64,000 nucleotides of DNA, from contig CAWCPV010000003.1 of NCBI GenBank assembly GCA_963797555.1, positions 896,001 through 960,000 on the forward strand, written 5' to 3'. The DNA is from an uncultured Gammaproteobacteria bacterium. GTDB taxonomy: Bacteria; Pseudomonadota; Gammaproteobacteria; CAWCPV01. The position numbers and the translations under genes were made by a program. A model generated the notes under the pieces. That model was not told where the DNA came from. It searched no databases and worked only from the letters and a program-made list of their open reading frames with translations. This document shows, in pieces, positions 60,986 to 64,000 of the stretch; the stretch's first letter is position 1, and each line of letters opens with the position of its first letter.

Positions 60986-61735
60986 CTATGCGATGGTGGC
61001 CACCCCCGCCGCGGGTACGCCGCCAGATATCAGGGTCCCCTCATCCTCCCCCATCACCACCCGGCGCATCGCCCCGGGCTTGGTCATGTCGAACACCCGA
61101 ATGGGCTTGTTGTGGTCTCGGCACAAAATGACAGCCGTAGCATCCATGACTTTGAGATCGCGCTGCAGCACCTCTTCGTAGGTCAGGCGGCTATAACGCT
61201 GCGCCGTCGGGTCGCACACCGGGTCAGCCGAATACACGCCATCGACCTTGGTCGCCTTGAGCACGAGATCCGCGTCGATCTCCACGCCGCGCAGGCTCGC
61301 GGCAGAGTCGGTGGTGAAAAACGGGTTGCCGGTGCCTCCGGCGAAGATGACCACCCGTCTCTTCTCCAGGTGCCGTACCGCCCGGCGCCGGATATAGTCC
61401 TCGCACACTTGGTGCATCTGCAGCGCAGACATGACCCGTGTGAGCACACGATTCTTTTCGAGGGCACTCTGCAACGCCAGGGCGTTGATTACCGTCGCCA
61501 GCATTCCCATCTGGTCGGCCGTCACCCGGTCAACGCCGCTCGCCGCCAGCTCGGCGCCGCGCAGGATATTGCCGCCGCCGATAACCGCCGCGACTTGCAC
61601 GCCGAGCTGAACCAGATCACCGATCTCTACGGCCATGCGGTCCAGTACCGCGGGGCTGATCCCGGATCTGCCCGCACCCATGAGGGCCTCTCCGCTCAGC
61701 TTCAACAGGATGCGACGGTAGGATGGTACGGGCAA
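60986..61735 (-). CDS. pyrH: UMP kinase
   Basis: [17 protein letters not shown] and [13 protein letters not shown] start inferred. Confidence 0.95.
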   Translation of the reverse strand: MPVPSYRRILLKLSGEALMGAGRSGISPAVLDRMAVEIGDLVQLGVQVAAVIGGGNILRGAELAASGVDRVTADQMGMLATVINALALQSALEKNRVLTRVMSALQMHQVCEDYIRRRAVRHLEKRRVVIFAGGTGNPFFTTDSAASLRGVEIDADLVLKATKVDGVYSADPVCDPTAQRYSRLTYEEVLQRDLKVMDATAVILCRDHNKPIRVFDMTKPGAMRRVVMGEDEGTLISGGVPAAGVATIA

Positions 61736-61739
61736 AAGC

Positions 61740-62621
61740 TCAGCGTCCGCTCTGCACCTGCGCCATGACCTCTGCGGCGAAGTCGTCGGAGCGCTTCTCC
61801 AGCCCCTCACCCACTTCGAAGCGCTCGAAACGCCGCACCTCGGCGCCGGCCAGCAGATCCCCCACGGTGATGTCCGGATTCTTGACGAAGGGCTGCCCGA
61901 GCAGCGTCACCTCGGCGACGAACTTCTTGAGCCTGCCCTCCACCATCTTCTCGATGATATCGGCTGTCTTGCCGCTCGCCGCTGCCTGCGCGGCATAAAC
62001 GTCTCGCTCCTGGGCCAGGAGAGCTTCGGGAACCTGCGCCGGGGAAACACACACGGGCCGGCTGGCGGCGATGTGCATGGCGACATCTTTGGCCGTTTGG
62101 GGGTCCCCGCCGAGCAACTCCACCAGGACGCCGATGCGCGTCCCGTGGACATAGCTCGCCAAAATAGCGTCATCGCTGTGCATGCAGGCGCAACGTCGCA
62201 CGCTGATGTTCTCCCCGAGGCGAGCGACTAGCTCCTGACGCCGGTGCTCGATGCTCGTCCCCGCCTCGATCGGCAGCTCCATGAGGCCTGCAAGCTCGCT
62301 CGGCTGGGCCGGTGCGGCGGCTCGCGCCACGCCCTGGGTGAACGCCCGAAAATCCTCGCCCTTGGCCACAAAGTCGGTTTCGCAGTTGACCTCCACCATC
62401 GCCGCCTTGCCGCCTCGTGGATCCATCTCGATCGCGATCAGCCCCTCTGCGGCAATCCTTCCCGCCTTCTTGACCGCCTTGGCCAGACCGGACTTGCGCA
62501 GCCACTCGGCGGCCGCCTCAATGTCGCCGCCGGTCTCCACCAATGCCTTCTTGCATTCCATCATGCCCGCGCCACTGCGGTCACGCAGTTCCTTGACGAG
62601 CGCCGCTGGAATGTTGGTCAT
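61740..62621 (-). CDS. tsf: Elongation factor Ts
   Basis: [29 protein letters not shown] and AMHIAA. Confidence 0.96.
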   Translation of the reverse strand: MTNIPAALVKELRDRSGAGMMECKKALVETGGDIEAAAEWLRKSGLAKAVKKAGRIAAEGLIAIEMDPRGGKAAMVEVNCETDFVAKGEDFRAFTQGVARAAAPAQPSELAGLMELPIEAGTSIEHRRQELVARLGENISVRRCACMHSDDAILASYVHGTRIGVLVELLGGDPQTAKDVAMHIAASRPVCVSPAQVPEALLAQERDVYAAQAAASGKTADIIEKMVEGRLKKFVAEVTLLGQPFVKNPDITVGDLLAGAEVRRFERFEVGEGLEKRSDDFAAEVMAQVQSGR

Positions 62622-62655
62622 GCTGATTCTCCTGCTACCTTGCCGCCCATCGCGT

Positions 62656-63429
62656 TTACGCCGCCGAGGACCCGCGCGGCACCTCGCCGACGGCCCCCGC
62701 CTCTTCGACCTCCACGAACTCATCGGGCGCCGCCGCGAGCGCCGAAGCGCGCCCTTCCAGAACAGCGTCTGCGGCCGCACGGACAAAAAGCTGGACGGCG
62801 CTGATAGCATCGTCGTTACCGGGGATGATGTAGTCCACCCCGTCCGGGCTGTTATTGGTATCGACCACGCCGACCACAGGGATTCCCAAGCGGTTGGCCT
62901 CACGCACGCCGATCTTCTCGTAGCCCACGTCCACAACGAACAGCGCGTCGGGCAGCCGGTCCATCTGCTTGATACCGCCCAGCCCCCGCTCCAGCTTGTC
63001 CAACTCGCGTCGGCGCATCAGCGCCTCCTTTTTGGTCAGGCGCTCCAGAGAGCCGTCCTCGTTCATGCGCTCCAGCTCCATGAGCCGCCTGATCGACTGC
63101 CGGATAGTGCGGAAGTTGGTGAGCGTGCCACCCGTCCAGCGACGGCTCACGTAAGGGCAGCCGGCACGGGTCGCTTCGCTTTGGATAGTGTCCTGTGCGG
63201 CCCGCTTGGTCCCCACGAACAACACCACTCCCTTCTTGGCGGCAAGGCTGCCCAGGAAGTTCATGGCGTCGCTGAATAGGGGAAGGGTTTTCTCCAGGTT
63301 GATGATGTGGATTCGGCTACGCTCGCCAAAGATGTAAGGCGCCATCTTGGGGCTCCAGTAGCGGGTCTGGTGTCCAAAGTGCAGACCCGCTTCCAACATC
63401 TGGCGCATGGAAACATTGGGCATGTTCAC
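62656..63429 (-). CDS. rpsB: 30S ribosomal protein S2
   Basis: [24 protein letters not shown] and IPGNDDA. Confidence 0.97.
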   Translation of the reverse strand: MNMPNVSMRQMLEAGLHFGHQTRYWSPKMAPYIFGERSRIHIINLEKTLPLFSDAMNFLGSLAAKKGVVLFVGTKRAAQDTIQSEATRAGCPYVSRRWTGGTLTNFRTIRQSIRRLMELERMNEDGSLERLTKKEALMRRRELDKLERGLGGIKQMDRLPDALFVVDVGYEKIGVREANRLGIPVVGVVDTNNSPDGVDYIIPGNDDAISAVQLFVRAAADAVLEGRASALAAAPDEFVEVEEAGAVGEVPRGSSAA

Positions 63430-63447
63430 GGCTCCGGGTGACCAGCG

Positions 63448-63525
63448 GTTGATCCTCTACGCGCCCCATGCATCAACTCGACAACTGCCTCGGGAACCCC
63501 AACCTATGGGACGGCGCGTGTGTGC
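63448..63525 (-). ncRNA. rpsB leader (t44-like S2 autoregulatory RNA)
   Basis: Minus strand reads CACACACGCGCC...GGGGTTC...TGGGGCGCGTAGAGG immediately 5' of rpsB. It resembles the t44 layout, with a closing stem ACGCGCC/GGCGCGT. Confidence 0.6.
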
Positions 63526-63598
63526 GATCGGCCCGACCCACGCGGGCCTGGCGTGACTTTCCCTCTGGGGGGCGTTAGACTGCGCAAAGCAACGCGTG

Positions 63599-63604
63599 AT
63601 TATA
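63599..63604 (-). promoter_or_regulatory. -10 box of the rpsB promoter
   Basis: Perfect TATAAT followed by a GC-rich discriminator CACGCG on the minus strand. Confidence 0.5.
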
Positions 63605-63680
63605 CGACACACCCCCGCACCCGGCCAACACCCAGCGCCGTTAGCTTTCAGCGGTAATGCGTAACCTATCCCGAGCTTCC

Positions 63681-64000
63681 ATGAACGTCTCCATCAAGAC
63701 CCCCGAGGAGATCCGGAACATGCGGGTCGCGGGTCGTCTCGCCGCCGACGTCCTGCACATGATAGGACCTTACGTACGCCCCGGGGTGACGACCGAGGAC
63801 CTGGACCGCCTCTGCCACGACTACATCGTCGATGTGCAGCGGGCCATTCCGGCGCCCCTCAACTACAAGGGCTTCCCCAAGTCCATCTGCACGTCGGTGA
63901 ACCACGTCGTGTGCCATGGGATTCCGGGCACCAAACGGCTCAAAGCGGGCGACATTCTCAACATCGACGTGACGGTGATCAAGGACGGTTACCACGGCGA
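63681..64000 (+). CDS. map: Methionine aminopeptidase, type I (runs off the window edge)
   Basis: Own translation: MNVSIKTPEEIRNMRVAG...YKGFPKSICTSVNHVVCHGIPG...NIDVTVIKDGYHG; divergent from rpsB. Confidence 0.95.
   Translation, partial: MNVSIKTPEEIRNMRVAGRLAADVLHMIGPYVRPGVTTEDLDRLCHDYIVDVQRAIPAPLNYKGFPKSICTSVNHVVCHGIPGTKRLKAGDILNIDVTVIKDGYHG

Noticed and set aside
63666-63995. 109-aa minus-strand ORF
   Set aside because: Shadow of map, which is on the plus strand and missing from the ORF track because it runs off the window.

Overview
High-GC DNA from what is most likely a sulfur-oxidising, CO2-fixing gammaproteobacterium (taxon inferred from gene content and order). From left to right the window holds: (1) a reverse-type dsr cluster, dsrABEFHCMKLJOPNR on the minus strand, with an Lpd-like flavoprotein gene at its 3' end and a convergent S24-like gene; (2) class III PHA synthase genes phaEC, divergent from an Rrf2-led SUF operon; (3) ggt and rtcA pseudogenes; (4) prmA-dusB-fis-purH-purD; (5) a secreted Gly/Pro/Met low-complexity protein that is a candidate sulfur-globule envelope protein; (6) a prk / PPi-PFK / H+-PPase neighbourhood that suggests a pyrophosphate-based Calvin cycle; (7) a stand-alone LRR-Roc-COR-TIR gene with a low-GC internal LRR patch, next to an orphan ParA; (8) the conserved rpsB-tsf-pyrH-frr-uppS-cdsA-dxr-rseP-bamA-skp-lpxD-fabZ-lpxA-lpxB block and the start of map. 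Three copies of a MITE-like inverted-repeat element were found by eye. dsrO and a Rieske ferredoxin carry single-base frameshifts that may be sequencing errors. No rRNA, tRNA, CRISPR array or transposase was seen. All calls come from motif recognition and gene order; no database searches were run.
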